A stretch of 64,000 bases of DNA. Origin: Solirubrobacteraceae bacterium. Lineage in GTDB: Bacteria; Actinomycetota; Thermoleophilia; Solirubrobacterales; Solirubrobacteraceae. The stretch's first letter is position 1, and every line of letters begins with the position of its first letter. The notes under the pieces are model-generated. The model saw only the letters and a program-made list of their open reading frames with translations, did not search any database and had not been told where the DNA came from. Where the stretch lies: assembly GCA_035571915.1 (NCBI GenBank), contig DATNBM010000093.1, positions 24,237 through 88,236 of the forward strand. Direction: 5' to 3'. Positions 25,577 through 35,160 of this stretch are shown piece after piece. A program made the translations under genes and the position numbers.

Positions 25577-27229
25577 TCAGGCGAGCACGTCGACGAGCTC
25601 GCCGCGCGGGCCGGTCGATGTGCTCGCCGTTACGGACTTGGCGGTTTCGTCGTTCTCGATGCTCGCGTCCCCCCCGGTCGCCGCTCGCGACGAAGAGGAG
25701 GAGCTCTGAGCGTCGCCGGCGCCGCGTTCGCGGCCCTGGCTCGGCTGGTTGAAGGATCCGATCTCCAGCCGCAGCAGCGAGGTTCCGATCGTGCTGAGCG
25801 AGTGGTGCAGCTCCGAGCGGCCCGACGCCAGCGCCTGGGCGGCCGCCTCGGTGCCGGCGGTGACGCGCGCGATCAGCCCGTCCGCCCCCTGGCTCAGGTG
25901 CACGCGGATCTCGCCCAACTCGGCCGGCTGCAGCGCGATCCGCGCCTGGCTGATGCCCTGGCGCACGGCGAGGCCGATCGTCGCCCGGACCGAGTCGATC
26001 ATCTCCTGCATGCCGACGCCGGCCGCCAGGACCGGCGCCTGAACGGCGCTCGTGGGCGCCGGCGCGGCGGCGGGCACGGGGGAGGCGGGCGGCGCGAGCT
26101 GCACGCTGGAGCCGGGAGCGGCGGAGCCCGCGCTCGTCACCGGGAGTTCGGACACGGGGACGGCGCGGCGGGGGTCCACGCTCGGCTCCGACTGCGCGGG
26201 CGCCGATGAGACTTCGACAGCGGGGGCTTCGGCCGCGGGCGCAGCGTTGGCGTTCGTCACGGCGTCGGGGCTCGCTCCTGTCCCGGAGAGGCCGTCGAGC
26301 GGAAGCTTGAGGACCGCGCCGGGGACGGTAATGCCGAGTTCCGCCGAGCCTCCGCCCTGCGCAGAGGGCTCGTGCGCCACGGCGATGCCCGGCGTCGCGG
26401 ACGCGGCGGGTTCGCCCGCCTGGCGGGCGGCTACGACTTCCTCGCCGTGAGGCCCTGCGGGCCGGGCGACCTCGATGCCCGGCCGAGCCTGGTTCGGCGG
26501 CGACTGCGCGATCGCGATGCCCTTCCCCGCGCCTTCGCCGGATTCCTCGCCGTCGCCCCGACCGACTGCAGGGCTCGAGGGCTTCAGCTGCGTCCCGACG
26601 GTCGCGAGCGGCAGGGTCGCGGCCCCACCGGGGGCGTCCGGCGCGAGCGGGAGCGGGGGATCGCCGAGGCCGCCGGCCGGGGACGATCCGACGGTCGAGA
26701 GGTCCGGGGCGCCCGGAGCGTCGGCGCCCGCCGAGCCGCCGGACGGACCGGCGGGAGGCGCAGCGGCAGCGGTGGCAGAAGTGGCAGCGGTGGCGACGGC
26801 AGCAGCGGCAGCCGCGAGAGAGCCCGCCGCGCCGAGCGAGGAGGCGGGCGAAGACTCCAGGCCGGGCGTGCCGTCGGAGCCCGGGGCGAGCTGGCCGCTC
26901 ACGGGCGCGGCGATGGAAGCAGCACGGTCGGTTGCGGCCTGGGCGCCGGCCGCCTGCATGGAGGACGCCTGGGCTGCGGCGGCCTGTGCGGCGTCCTGCG
27001 AGCCTTCGCGGTCCGCTTGGCGGCGCGCGCCGTCGGGGCGCTGCTGCGCCGGGACCCGTTCCGGGCCCTCCTGGTTCTGGCCTTCCGCAGGTGCGGTCCG
27101 GGCCAATTCGCCTTCGAGCGCGCGATGGAAGCTCGCCGCCGCGCCCGGCGGCGCCCCGGGTGGGGCGCCGGACGGGAAGGCTCCCGGCGGCTGCGCGGGG
27201 GTCAGCTCGATCGCGGAGACGGCGCTCAT
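25577..27229 (-). CDS. fliK: Hook-length control protein FliK
   Basis: Long Ala/Pro/Gly/Ser disordered region plus ARI.LQPAELGEI.V C-terminal domain. Confidence 0.9.
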   Translation of the reverse strand: MSAVSAIELTPAQPPGAFPSGAPPGAPPGAAASFHRALEGELARTAPAEGQNQEGPERVPAQQRPDGARRQADREGSQDAAQAAAAQASSMQAAGAQAATDRAASIAAPVSGQLAPGSDGTPGLESSPASSLGAAGSLAAAAAAVATAATSATAAAAPPAGPSGGSAGADAPGAPDLSTVGSSPAGGLGDPPLPLAPDAPGGAATLPLATVGTQLKPSSPAVGRGDGEESGEGAGKGIAIAQSPPNQARPGIEVARPAGPHGEEVVAARQAGEPAASATPGIAVAHEPSAQGGGSAELGITVPGAVLKLPLDGLSGTGASPDAVTNANAAPAAEAPAVEVSSAPAQSEPSVDPRRAVPVSELPVTSAGSAAPGSSVQLAPPASPVPAAAPAPTSAVQAPVLAAGVGMQEMIDSVRATIGLAVRQGISQARIALQPAELGEIRVHLSQGADGLIARVTAGTEAAAQALASGRSELHHSLSTIGTSLLRLEIGSFNQPSQGRERGAGDAQSSSSSSRAATGGDASIENDETAKSVTASTSTGPRGELVDVLA

Positions 27230-27894
27230 GCGACGCTCCCGAGGCTCGTGGTCGCGGGGTGCTGGAGGCGGTAGCTTTCGGCGTAGCCCATGACTTTCTG
27301 CACGTAGCTCTGGGTTTCCGCGTAGGGAGGGACGCCGCCGTACTGCGCGACCGCTCCGGGGCCCGCGTTGTAGGCGGCCAGCGCGTCGGCCGTGTTGCCG
27401 CCGAAACGGGACATCATCTCGGCGAGGTAGCGCGCGCCGCCTTCGATCGATTCGGCCGGGTCGAGCGGGTTCGAGACGCCGAGCGAGGACGCCGTGCCCG
27501 GCATCAGCTGGGTCAGGCCCTCGGCCCCGGCGGAGCTCCGGGAGTTCGGGTCGAAGCCCGACTCCTGCTGGATTAGGCCGTGCAGCAGGGCCGGATCGAG
27601 GTTGTTGCGGGCGGCGGCCGCTTCGATCAGGGAGTCGTATTGACTGGATCCCGTTTCGCCTGAGGCCTGCGGCTGGAAGGAGGCGTAGGCCGTCGAGGGC
27701 GCCGAGGCGGCCTGGAGCGCGGAGGCGAACGTCCCTTCGCCCGCGGAGCTGCCGCCGGTCGCGGCGTAGGTCGAGCCCGTCGCGGCCGCGCGGGTCTTCT
27801 CGATCAGCTCCTGCAGCTGCTTGACGCGTGCCAGCGCCGCGGGCTCGCCCGCGGTGAGCGGTTCTGCCGCCGCGCCGAGCGCGAGCGTGCTCAT
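27226..27894 (-). CDS. Lytic transglycosylase (SLT, CwlQ-like)
   Basis: QESGF.P..S.AGA.GL.QLMP and ALAAYNAG; no Sec signal. Confidence 0.92.
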   Translation of the reverse strand: MSTLALGAAAEPLTAGEPAALARVKQLQELIEKTRAAATGSTYAATGGSSAGEGTFASALQAASAPSTAYASFQPQASGETGSSQYDSLIEAAAARNNLDPALLHGLIQQESGFDPNSRSSAGAEGLTQLMPGTASSLGVSNPLDPAESIEGGARYLAEMMSRFGGNTADALAAYNAGPGAVAQYGGVPPYAETQSYVQKVMGYAESYRLQHPATTSLGSVA

Positions 27895-28349
27895 GCGACG
27901 CTCCGCCGCGAGCGTGAGGAGGCCATCTCGTCGAGGATCTTGCTCTCCCGCCGCGCGGACTCGCGCTCGTGCTCGCTGCGCCGCCGCGCGCGCAGCCGCT
28001 TGAGCATCTCGTGCTCGCCCGCTGCGACGACGAGCTCGGCGTTGCGGTCGGCGACGTCCGCCTCGACCCGCGTCACGTCGCGGGCGCGCTCGCCGGCGAG
28101 CTGCTCGACGCGCTCGAGGAAGGCCTGGCGCGATTGGAGCTCCGCCGCGCCCATCGTCGAGCGCCCGGAGGCCGCGTCGCGCTGCTCGGCGCGGGCGCGC
28201 TCGAGCTCCTGCTCGGCGTCGCGCAGCCGCTCGCGCGTATCGCCTAGCCGCGATATCGATCTTGCCAGCTCCTGCTGGGCGAGCGTCTCCTTGCGCTCGC
28301 GCACAGCGCGGACGCGCTCCAGCCGGAAGCGAAACGAGGGACCGGTCAC
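27891..28349 (-). CDS. fliJ: Flagellar export protein FliJ
   Basis: FRFRLERV..VRE, coiled coil, E.K.LDE. Confidence 0.9.
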   Translation of the reverse strand: MTGPSFRFRLERVRAVRERKETLAQQELARSISRLGDTRERLRDAEQELERARAEQRDAASGRSTMGAAELQSRQAFLERVEQLAGERARDVTRVEADVADRNAELVVAAGEHEMLKRLRARRRSEHERESARRESKILDEMASSRSRRSVA

Positions 28350-28356
28350 GGCCTGT

Positions 28357-28383
28357 TCATCGACCGCTCGCGGCGGTTCTTTA
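28357..28383 (-). promoter_or_regulatory. Sigma-28 promoter (fliJ-flbD)
   Basis: TAAA-N15-GTCGATGA, 7 nt before GTG. Confidence 0.8.
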
Positions 28384-28422
28384 GCTGACAACAGGGCGTG
28401 GGCGGATCCGCCCAGACGGAGC

Positions 28423-29898
28423 TCATATGCTCAGCCCCAGCGCGGGGATCGCGGGCACCTCGCCGCCCGCCACGGACGGGCGCTCCTGCCCGGGCGGCAC
28501 CTCCTCGGCGTCGGCGACGTCGGCCTCGTCGAGGTCCAGCATCCGCCCGAGCGAGCTCGCGAGCTGGAGCAGCGCGGCGTCCGCCTGCGCCGGGTCGCTG
28601 CGTTCGGTGACGTGCTGGCGCAGGAAGCCCTCGATCGCGCTGCGGTGCGCGAGGGCCGCGTCGAGCATCCGGTCGGTGCCGGGCTGGTAGGCGCCGATCG
28701 CGACCAGGTCCTCCTTCTCGGCCAGCACCGCGAGCGCGCCGCGCAGCCGCTGCCCCGCCTCGACGACCTCGGGGGTCACGATCTCGCCGAGCAGCCGCGA
28801 GACGCTCTGCAGCAGGTCGATCGCCGGGTAGTGCCCGGCCTGCGCGAGCGAGCGGGTCAGGACGACGTGCCCATCGAGGATCGAGCGGGCCGCGTCGGCG
28901 ATCGGCTCGTTCATGTCGTCGCCGTCGACGAGCACGGTGTAGAGGGCGGTGATCGAGCCGTCGGTGCTGTTGCCGGCGCGCTCGAGCAGCCGCGGCAGCA
29001 GCGCGAACACGCTGGGGGTGTAGCCGCGCGTCGCGGGCGGCTCGCCGATCGCCAGGCCGACCTCGCGCTGGGCCATCGCGAAGCGGGTCACCGAGTCCAT
29101 CATCAGCATCACGTCGTGGCCCTGGTCGCGGAAGTGCTCGGCGATCGTCGTGGCGGTGAAGGCGGCCTTGATGCGCACCAGCGCGGGCTGGTCGGAGGTC
29201 GCGACGACGACGACTGAGCGCTCGAGCGCGTCGCCGAGGTCGCGCTCGACGAACTCGCGGACCTCCCGGCCTCGCTCGCCGACGAGCGCGATCACGTTGA
29301 CCTCGGCGGAGGTCGAGCGGGCGATCATGCCGAGCAGCGAGGACTTGCCGACGCCGGAGCCGGCGAAGATCCCGAGCCGCTGGCCCCGCCCGCACGGCAC
29401 GAGCGCGTCGAGCGCCCGCACGCCGAGCCCGACCCGCTCGCTGATCCGCGGCCGCGAGAGCGCCGTGGGCGGCGCCGCGCTGGTCGAGCGCGGCACGCCC
29501 GCCGCGACCGGCCGCCCGTCGTCGGGCCGGCCGAGGCCGTCGAGGATCCGTCCGAGCAGCTCGTCGCCGACCGCGACGCGGAAGGGGGCGCCCGTAGCGA
29601 GCACCCGCGTGCCGGGGCCGATCCCGTGCAGCTCGCCGAGCGGCATCAGCAGCGTTCGGCCCTCGCGGAAGCCGACGACCTCCGCGGGCACCGGCTCGGC
29701 GCGCGTGGAGCCGGTCCGGTCCATCCCTACCAGGCAGACCTCGCCGATCTCGGCGTTCAGCCCGGTGACCTCGATGATCAGGCCGATCAGGTTCGTGACG
29801 AAGCCGTGCCGGCGGGCCAGGTCGGCCTCGCGGATCGCGGCGCCGGCCCTGCTCAGAGGCCGCTCGGCCTCGGCCTCGGCCTCGACGACGCGGCTCAC
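28423..29898 (-). CDS. fliI: Flagellar export ATPase FliI
   Basis: GIFAGSGVGKS, GERGREV and DSVTRFAMAQRE. Confidence 0.97.
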   Translation of the reverse strand: MSRVVEAEAEAERPLSRAGAAIREADLARRHGFVTNLIGLIIEVTGLNAEIGEVCLVGMDRTGSTRAEPVPAEVVGFREGRTLLMPLGELHGIGPGTRVLATGAPFRVAVGDELLGRILDGLGRPDDGRPVAAGVPRSTSAAPPTALSRPRISERVGLGVRALDALVPCGRGQRLGIFAGSGVGKSSLLGMIARSTSAEVNVIALVGERGREVREFVERDLGDALERSVVVVATSDQPALVRIKAAFTATTIAEHFRDQGHDVMLMMDSVTRFAMAQREVGLAIGEPPATRGYTPSVFALLPRLLERAGNSTDGSITALYTVLVDGDDMNEPIADAARSILDGHVVLTRSLAQAGHYPAIDLLQSVSRLLGEIVTPEVVEAGQRLRGALAVLAEKEDLVAIGAYQPGTDRMLDAALAHRSAIEGFLRQHVTERSDPAQADAALLQLASSLGRMLDLDEADVADAEEVPPGQERPSVAGGEVPAIPALGLSI

Positions 29899-30524
29899 GG
29901 CTCGCGCTCGCCCCTGCGGGGGCCGATCTCGGCCTCGACGACCTCGCGGGCCCGCTCCAGCTGCGTCTGGATGCGCGCGTCGACCTCGCTCTGGTCGGTG
30001 CGCACGAGCGCGCCCCCCGCGGGGACCCGCTGGTCGGCCTGCAGATCCCAAAGCTCTGCGCCGGTGGCCTGGGCTTGCAGCTCGCCGAGCGCTCCCCGCA
30101 CGATCTCGAGGTCGGCGGGGTTCACGACGATCGCGATCGTGCGCTCTCCGCTGACGCGCCGCAGCGCTCCCTGCAGCACTTCCACGACCAGCTCGGGGCG
30201 GATCTGGAGCGTCGCCACGACGATCTTCCCCGCTAGCGCGAGCGCCAGCTCGACGGCCTCGCGCTCGACCTCCTCGGCGATGTCCGCACGCATCTGCTGG
30301 ACCTCCGCGAGCGCCGCGCCGAGCGCGCCGGCGCCGTTTGCGAGCTCCTCGGCGGCGGCGGCGAGTCCGGCCGCGCGTCCCTCCTCGTAGCCCCGCAGGC
30401 GGGCCTGCTCGGCGAGCGTCCCCGCTTCGGCTTCGGCTTCGGCGATCAGCCGCGCCGCGGCGTCGCGGGGCGGCTCGGAGGGCTCGAGCTGCTCGAGGTC
30501 GAAGCTGACGGCCGCCTCAGACAA
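29895..30524 (-). CDS. fliH: Flagellar assembly protein FliH
   Basis: GYEEG repeats, VNPAD and GG....DARI; between fliG and fliI. Confidence 0.92.
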   Translation of the reverse strand: MSEAAVSFDLEQLEPSEPPRDAAARLIAEAEAEAGTLAEQARLRGYEEGRAAGLAAAAEELANGAGALGAALAEVQQMRADIAEEVEREAVELALALAGKIVVATLQIRPELVVEVLQGALRRVSGERTIAIVVNPADLEIVRGALGELQAQATGAELWDLQADQRVPAGGALVRTDQSEVDARIQTQLERAREVVEAEIGPRRGEREP

Positions 30525-31587
30525 CCGCCTCGCTCTCCTCCCCCTCCTCGCCGGCGATCACGATCGTGCCGGCTTCCTCCAGGCGCCGCACGACCGCCAC
30601 GATGCGGCTCTGGGCCTCGTCGACGTCGCGTTTGCGCTGCGGCTGGGAGATCTCCATCTCCTCCTTGAGCATCGCCGCGCCGCGCTCGGACATGTTCGAC
30701 ATCACGACCTCCTTGACGTCGTCGTCGGCGCCGCGCAGCGCGAGCACGAGGTCCTTCTGGTCGACCTCGCGCAGCACCTGCTGGACGGCGCGCTCTTCGA
30801 GCTTGACGAGGTCCTCGAAGACGAACAGCATGCCCCGCACCTCCTCGGCCAGCTCGGTGTCGGAGGAAGCGAGGTTCTCGAGCACGTTGCGCTCCAGCGC
30901 GCGGTCGGCGTGGTTGAGGATCCCGGCCAGGGCGCGGGCGCCGCCGGCGTGGGCGTACTCGCGCTCGGTGGGCCCGCCGAGCCGCTCGCGGATCGCCTTC
31001 TCGAGCTGCTCGATCACGGGCGCCGCGGTCTCGCCCATGCGGGCGATGCGCAGCGCGATGTCCGGCTGGGCCTGCTCGGGGAGCTTGCCGAGGATCGCCG
31101 AGGCCTGGCCCGTCGGCAGGTTCGCGAGCACGAGCGCGACGATCTGCGGCGACTCGCCGCGCAGCAGCGACGCGGTCCGGTCGACGGGGACGCGCTTGAG
31201 GAACTCGAACGGCCGCGCCTCCGGCGGCGCGGCGATCCGCCCCAGCAGCTCGGCCGCCCGCTCGGGCCCGAGCGCCCGCTCGATTACCTCGCGGGCGAAG
31301 TCGACGCCCCCGCTCGCGCCGGGGTCGGCGTTGCCCGCGGCTGCCATCTCGCTGAACACCGAGATCGTCGTCTCGGCACCGACGGACTCGAGCCTCGCCA
31401 TCTCCATCGAGACGTTCTCGACCTCCTCCTCGCGGAGGTGCTGCAGGATGTTCGCGGCCCGCTCGGAGCCGAGCGCCGCCATCAGCACCGCCGCCTTGCG
31501 GGCGCCGGAGACCCGCAGCGCGGGGATCTCTTCGGTCGCGCCTTCGGGCAGCGCGGGCGCGACCTGCCGCGTCGAGACGGAGGCCAT
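30517..31587 (-). CDS. fliG: Motor switch FliG
   Basis: KAAVL, GG..FA, PFEFL, MFVFEDL-like motif and NMSER. Confidence 0.96.
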   Translation of the reverse strand: MASVSTRQVAPALPEGATEEIPALRVSGARKAAVLMAALGSERAANILQHLREEEVENVSMEMARLESVGAETTISVFSEMAAAGNADPGASGGVDFAREVIERALGPERAAELLGRIAAPPEARPFEFLKRVPVDRTASLLRGESPQIVALVLANLPTGQASAILGKLPEQAQPDIALRIARMGETAAPVIEQLEKAIRERLGGPTEREYAHAGGARALAGILNHADRALERNVLENLASSDTELAEEVRGMLFVFEDLVKLEERAVQQVLREVDQKDLVLALRGADDDVKEVVMSNMSERGAAMLKEEMEISQPQRKRDVDEAQSRIVAVVRRLEEAGTIVIAGEEGEESEAVV

Positions 31588-31590
31588 CGC

Positions 31591-33141
31591 CTAGCCCTCC
31601 TGCATCCAGCTGCGCAGCTGCTGGGCGACCCGGTCGGGGTCGCTGTCCGCCAGCGCCTCGACCTGGCGGCGGATGTCCTCGCCGGAGCCCGCCCGCTGCC
31701 CGTTGCCGTTTCCGTTGCCGTTTCCGTTGCCGTTCGCGCCCGGTCCGTGCGTGATCTCCATCGGCCGCGTCGCGGCTTCCCGTTCGAGCTCGGCGAGCCG
31801 CATCGGCGCGTCGAGCTCGCGCAGCCACTTCGGCTCCTCGAGCGCCTCCTGCTCGCGACGGCGCAGCGATTTCGTCGTCAGGAAGAGGAAGATCGCGGCC
31901 GCGATCCCGAGCAGCGCGTACTTCGCGTAGCCGAGCGGGCTCGACGCGGCCGCGCCGCCGGCGGCCGCGCTCTTCGCGAACGCGATCTGGCCGATCGAGA
32001 TCGTGTCGCCGCGCTTGGCCTGGATGCCCGCGGCGTTCGTGACCGCTTCCTTGATCGCGGGCACGGCGGAAGCCGGCACCGAATGATCGAGCAGGACCGA
32101 GACGTGCTGGTTTTCGACCGTGCCGGGCGCGAGCGTGGAGTGCGTGACGGTCTTGTTGACGCCGAGCGAGGAGTCAGTCGTTTCGCGCTTGTAGTTCGAC
32201 TTGCCGCCGTTCTGCGCCGCCGCGGGGAGATTGGCCGTGCCGGTCGCGGCCGCGCCGCTTCCGTTGCCGGCCAGTGTCTCGAGCGACTTGCTCTGCTGCA
32301 GCGGAACTCCCTGTTTCCCGTATTCGAGCGATTCCTTCGTCGTCTGATCGACGTTCATGTTCGCGTAGACGAGCACCTGGGCCTTGCCCTGGCCGAGCGT
32401 CTGGGCGAGCATCGCGTCGAGGCTCGCGGCGGTCGCCGAGTCATAGGACTGCTCGGCGTTCTGCAGGCTCGTGCCGGCGCCGCCCGCGCCGCCCGAGCTG
32501 TTCGGCCACAGCAGCTGGCCCGAGCCGTCGGTGATCGTGACTTTGCTCAGCTGAAGGCCGGGGACGCTCGAGGCGACGAGCTGGGCGATCCCGCGCACCG
32601 AGCCGGGGTCGACCGCGGTCGTCCCCGACAGCAGCACGGCGGCCGAGGCCGCACTCTGGCCTTCGCCGAAGATCTGGTTCTGGGAGCTCGGCAGCACGAG
32701 CGTGACCTGCGCGCCGGAGACTCCCTGGACGCTGTCGATCGTCTGTTCGAGCTGGCCCTGCAGCGCCCGCTGGTAGGTCACCTGCTGCTGGAAGTTGCTT
32801 TCGCCGAGGCTCTGTTTGTTGAAGAGCTCGAAGCCCGGCTGGCTGTTGCCGAGCAGGTTCGCGCCGGCCAGCACGACACGCGCTTCGGAGACCTTGTTCG
32901 ACTGCACGGCCAGCGCCGTGCCGTTGTTCTGCAGCTGGTAGCCGATCCCATGGGCGGACAGCGTCGAGGTCATCTTGCCCGTCTGCGACGGGTCGATCCC
33001 GCTCTCGAGCGTCGAGTAGCCGGGCTTGGAGACCATGCTCATGAAGATGTAGACGAACAGGATCGCGCCGATCAGGCCGCCGCCGAGCACGAGCCACCCG
33101 CGCGGGGTCAGCCTCGATGCGAGCTGGGCGACGGGAGGCAC
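31591..33141 (-). CDS. fliF: MS-ring protein FliF
   Basis: GFELF, YQRALQG.L..TI and RGD.I; two TMs. Confidence 0.95.
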   Translation of the reverse strand: MPPVAQLASRLTPRGWLVLGGGLIGAILFVYIFMSMVSKPGYSTLESGIDPSQTGKMTSTLSAHGIGYQLQNNGTALAVQSNKVSEARVVLAGANLLGNSQPGFELFNKQSLGESNFQQQVTYQRALQGQLEQTIDSVQGVSGAQVTLVLPSSQNQIFGEGQSAASAAVLLSGTTAVDPGSVRGIAQLVASSVPGLQLSKVTITDGSGQLLWPNSSGGAGGAGTSLQNAEQSYDSATAASLDAMLAQTLGQGKAQVLVYANMNVDQTTKESLEYGKQGVPLQQSKSLETLAGNGSGAAATGTANLPAAAQNGGKSNYKRETTDSSLGVNKTVTHSTLAPGTVENQHVSVLLDHSVPASAVPAIKEAVTNAAGIQAKRGDTISIGQIAFAKSAAAGGAAASSPLGYAKYALLGIAAAIFLFLTTKSLRRREQEALEEPKWLRELDAPMRLAELEREAATRPMEITHGPGANGNGNGNGNGNGQRAGSGEDIRRQVEALADSDPDRVAQQLRSWMQEG

Positions 33142-33144
33142 CGA

Positions 33145-33531
33145 TCAGACCTGCGTCTGGAAGATCGTCTGGACGGCTTCGGTCGCCTTGGTACGGATCT
33201 GAGCCGCGAGCTGCATCTCCAGGGCGGCGTCCTCGACGGTCGTGACCGCCGCCTCGGGGTCTGAGACCTTGCCCGTCGCGAGCGCCTGAGAGGCGGACGC
33301 GGCGCTCTGCTGGCCCTGCTCCAGGGAGGAGATCGCGTCGGTCAGGGCGCCGCCGAAGCTCGGCGTGCCGCCGCCTTCGACGCCCGGAGTCCCGCCTGCC
33401 TGCCCGAGCCCGCCGCCGGCTCCGGCCGCGCCGCCGATGCCTTCCGTGAGCGCCCCGGGGGACCCGGTTGCGACGTTGCCGGCGGCGTTGCCGAGACCGC
33501 TCGCCAGCCCTCCGATCGCCGGGACGATCAC
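33145..33531 (-). CDS. fliE: Hook-basal body protein FliE
   Basis: F...L..AI and IR.K..EA...I..TQV. Confidence 0.9.
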   Translation of the reverse strand: MIVPAIGGLASGLGNAAGNVATGSPGALTEGIGGAAGAGGGLGQAGGTPGVEGGGTPSFGGALTDAISSLEQGQQSAASASQALATGKVSDPEAAVTTVEDAALEMQLAAQIRTKATEAVQTIFQTQV

Positions 33532-33980
33532 TTCAGGATCCCGAGCGTCGAGGTGAACATCGACTTGGCCGTCTGCATCGCGGTCACGTCGGACTGGTAG
33601 GACTGCTGCTCGGAGATCAGGTCCGTCATTTCCGTGACCGTCGAGACGTTCGGCATCGTCACGTAGCCCTTCGCGTCGGCTTCGGGGTTGGACGGGTCGT
33701 AGACCTTCCGACCCGGCGTCGCGTCGGCGACGATCCCGGTCACGGTCACGCCGCCCGCCGGGGCGGTGGCGCCCGATTCGGCCAGCGCACCCGACAGCGC
33801 GCCGCTGAAGCCCGCGGACGTGCCGACCTGCGCGAGCTGGACCTCCTGGCGCTGGTAGGGCTGCCCGTTGGCGGCCTTCGTCGTGTCGGCGTTGGCGAGG
33901 TTCTCGGCCGTGACGTCCATGCGGATGCGCTGGGCGGTCAGGCCCGAGCCGGCGATCCCGATCGCGTCGAACAGCCCCAT
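33528..33980 (-). CDS. flgC: Rod protein FlgC
   Basis: SGLTAQR.RMD..AENLANA.TT and YDP.NP.AD.KGYV.MPNV. Confidence 0.95.
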   Translation of the reverse strand: MGLFDAIGIAGSGLTAQRIRMDVTAENLANADTTKAANGQPYQRQEVQLAQVGTSAGFSGALSGALAESGATAPAGGVTVTGIVADATPGRKVYDPSNPEADAKGYVTMPNVSTVTEMTDLISEQQSYQSDVTAMQTAKSMFTSTLGILK

Positions 33981-34330
33981 CAGAGGATCCCGATCGCCGA
34001 GCGAACGATGCCGTTGCGCGTGCTCACGACGTCCGTCAGCGCCTGGTAGTCGAGGCCGTTTTCGCTGAGGCGGGCGGATTCCTGATCGATCGAGACGCCG
34101 GCGCCGTTGGGACCCGTTTCCGACGGGACGGCGTGCGCTGCGAATTCGACTTCGGGCAGCGACTGGCCGCTGTCGAGCGCCGTCTGGAGGGTCGACTCGA
34201 AGTCGACTTCCTGGCGCTGGTAGTTGGGCGTGTCGGCGTTGGCGATGTTGTTCGTCAGCGCCGTCTGCCGCAGCCACGAGCCGCGCATCGCGGCCTCGAG
34301 GAGCTGCTGGGTGGGGTCGACCAGCGACAT
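33980..34330 (-). CDS. flgB: Rod protein FlgB
   Basis: NNIANADTPNY and V.IDQE...L.EN...YQ. Confidence 0.93.
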   Translation of the reverse strand: MSLVDPTQQLLEAAMRGSWLRQTALTNNIANADTPNYQRQEVDFESTLQTALDSGQSLPEVEFAAHAVPSETGPNGAGVSIDQESARLSENGLDYQALTDVVSTRNGIVRSAIGIL

Positions 34331-34338
34331 CGGCCCCG

Positions 34339-34365
34339 TGATCGACCGCGACCCCCTGATCTTTA
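34339..34365 (-). promoter_or_regulatory. Sigma-28 promoter (flgB basal-body operon)
   Basis: TAAA-N15-GTCGATCA, 8 nt before ATG, no SD. Confidence 0.85.
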
Positions 34366-34393
34366 GGGAACTCGCGATCCTGGGCGCGTTCTT

Positions 34394-34732
34394 TCAGGCG
34401 CTGCGGTCGACGCGGGGGCTCGCGGAGCCCTCGCCGCCGTAGCCGGCGGCCGTCCGCTTCGCCTGCGAGGCGAGCGCCGCGTCGCTCAACAGCGAGTCGC
34501 GCAGCCGCATCAGCTCGACGCGGGTCCGCTCGTGGAGCAGCCTGGCCCGTTCGAGGATCGAGGCCGCTGCGGCCGGAGGCCGCGCGGGCAGCTCCGCGAC
34601 GAGCGCGTCCCAGCGTCCGTCCAGCGCCGCGAGCCCCTCGATCTCGCCGCGCCCGGCGAGCTCCAGCTCGAGCTCCGCGTGGACGACGAGCGCCTCGTAG
34701 CCGTCGAGCTGAGCGGGCGCCGCGGCGCTCAT
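34394..34732 (-). CDS. FliT-like chaperone (putative)
   Basis: Helical 112-aa protein after fliD-fliS, with a C-terminal Tyr (AAGYGG). Confidence 0.6.
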   Translation of the reverse strand: MSAAAPAQLDGYEALVVHAELELELAGRGEIEGLAALDGRWDALVAELPARPPAAAASILERARLLHERTRVELMRLRDSLLSDAALASQAKRTAAGYGGEGSASPRVDRSA

Positions 34733-35112
34733 CCCGCGTCGTCCCCCGCCGCGACCTGCGCCCAGGCCTCGCGGAGCTCGGCGAGCAGATCGGAGATCTC
34801 CTCGAGCTTGGCGGGATCCTGGTCGAAGCGCGACTCCATCAGGCGCCGCAGGCAGAACGCGTAGATCGCATGCAGGCGGTCGGCGAGCTCGCCCTGGTCG
34901 TGGTCGAGCGTGCCGTCGAGGTGCGCGATGATCATCTCGGCGCGGCGCAGCGTGTTGTGGGCGCGCTCGACCTCGCCCTCGGCCATCGCCGCTGCGGCCT
35001 GGCGCAGGAACCGCCGGGCTCCGTCGTAGAGCATCACGACGAGCTCGCCTCGGGATGCGGCCATCACGGCGGTGCGTCGGTAGGCCTGGGGCGATGCGGC
35101 GAGGTTGCTCAT
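34729..35112 (-). CDS. fliS: Flagellin chaperone FliS
   Basis: AY...VM.AS..ELVVMLYDGA and L.EAW. Confidence 0.95.
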   Translation of the reverse strand: MSNLAASPQAYRRTAVMAASRGELVVMLYDGARRFLRQAAAAMAEGEVERAHNTLRRAEMIIAHLDGTLDHDQGELADRLHAIYAFCLRRLMESRFDQDPAKLEEISDLLAELREAWAQVAAGDDAG

Positions 35113-35123
35113 CGACGCTTCAT

Positions 35124-35150
35124 TGATCGGCCCGCGGCGGCCAAAGTTTA
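35124..35150 (-). promoter_or_regulatory. Sigma-28 promoter (fliS)
   Basis: TAAA-N15-GCCGATCA. Confidence 0.85.
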
Positions 35151-35160
35151 GGCGTGACGA

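Noticed and set aside
31700-31735. (GN)n hexamer repeat in fliF and the Ala run in fliK (26760-26815)
   Set aside because: In-frame low-complexity linkers, not phase-variable tracts or CRISPR.
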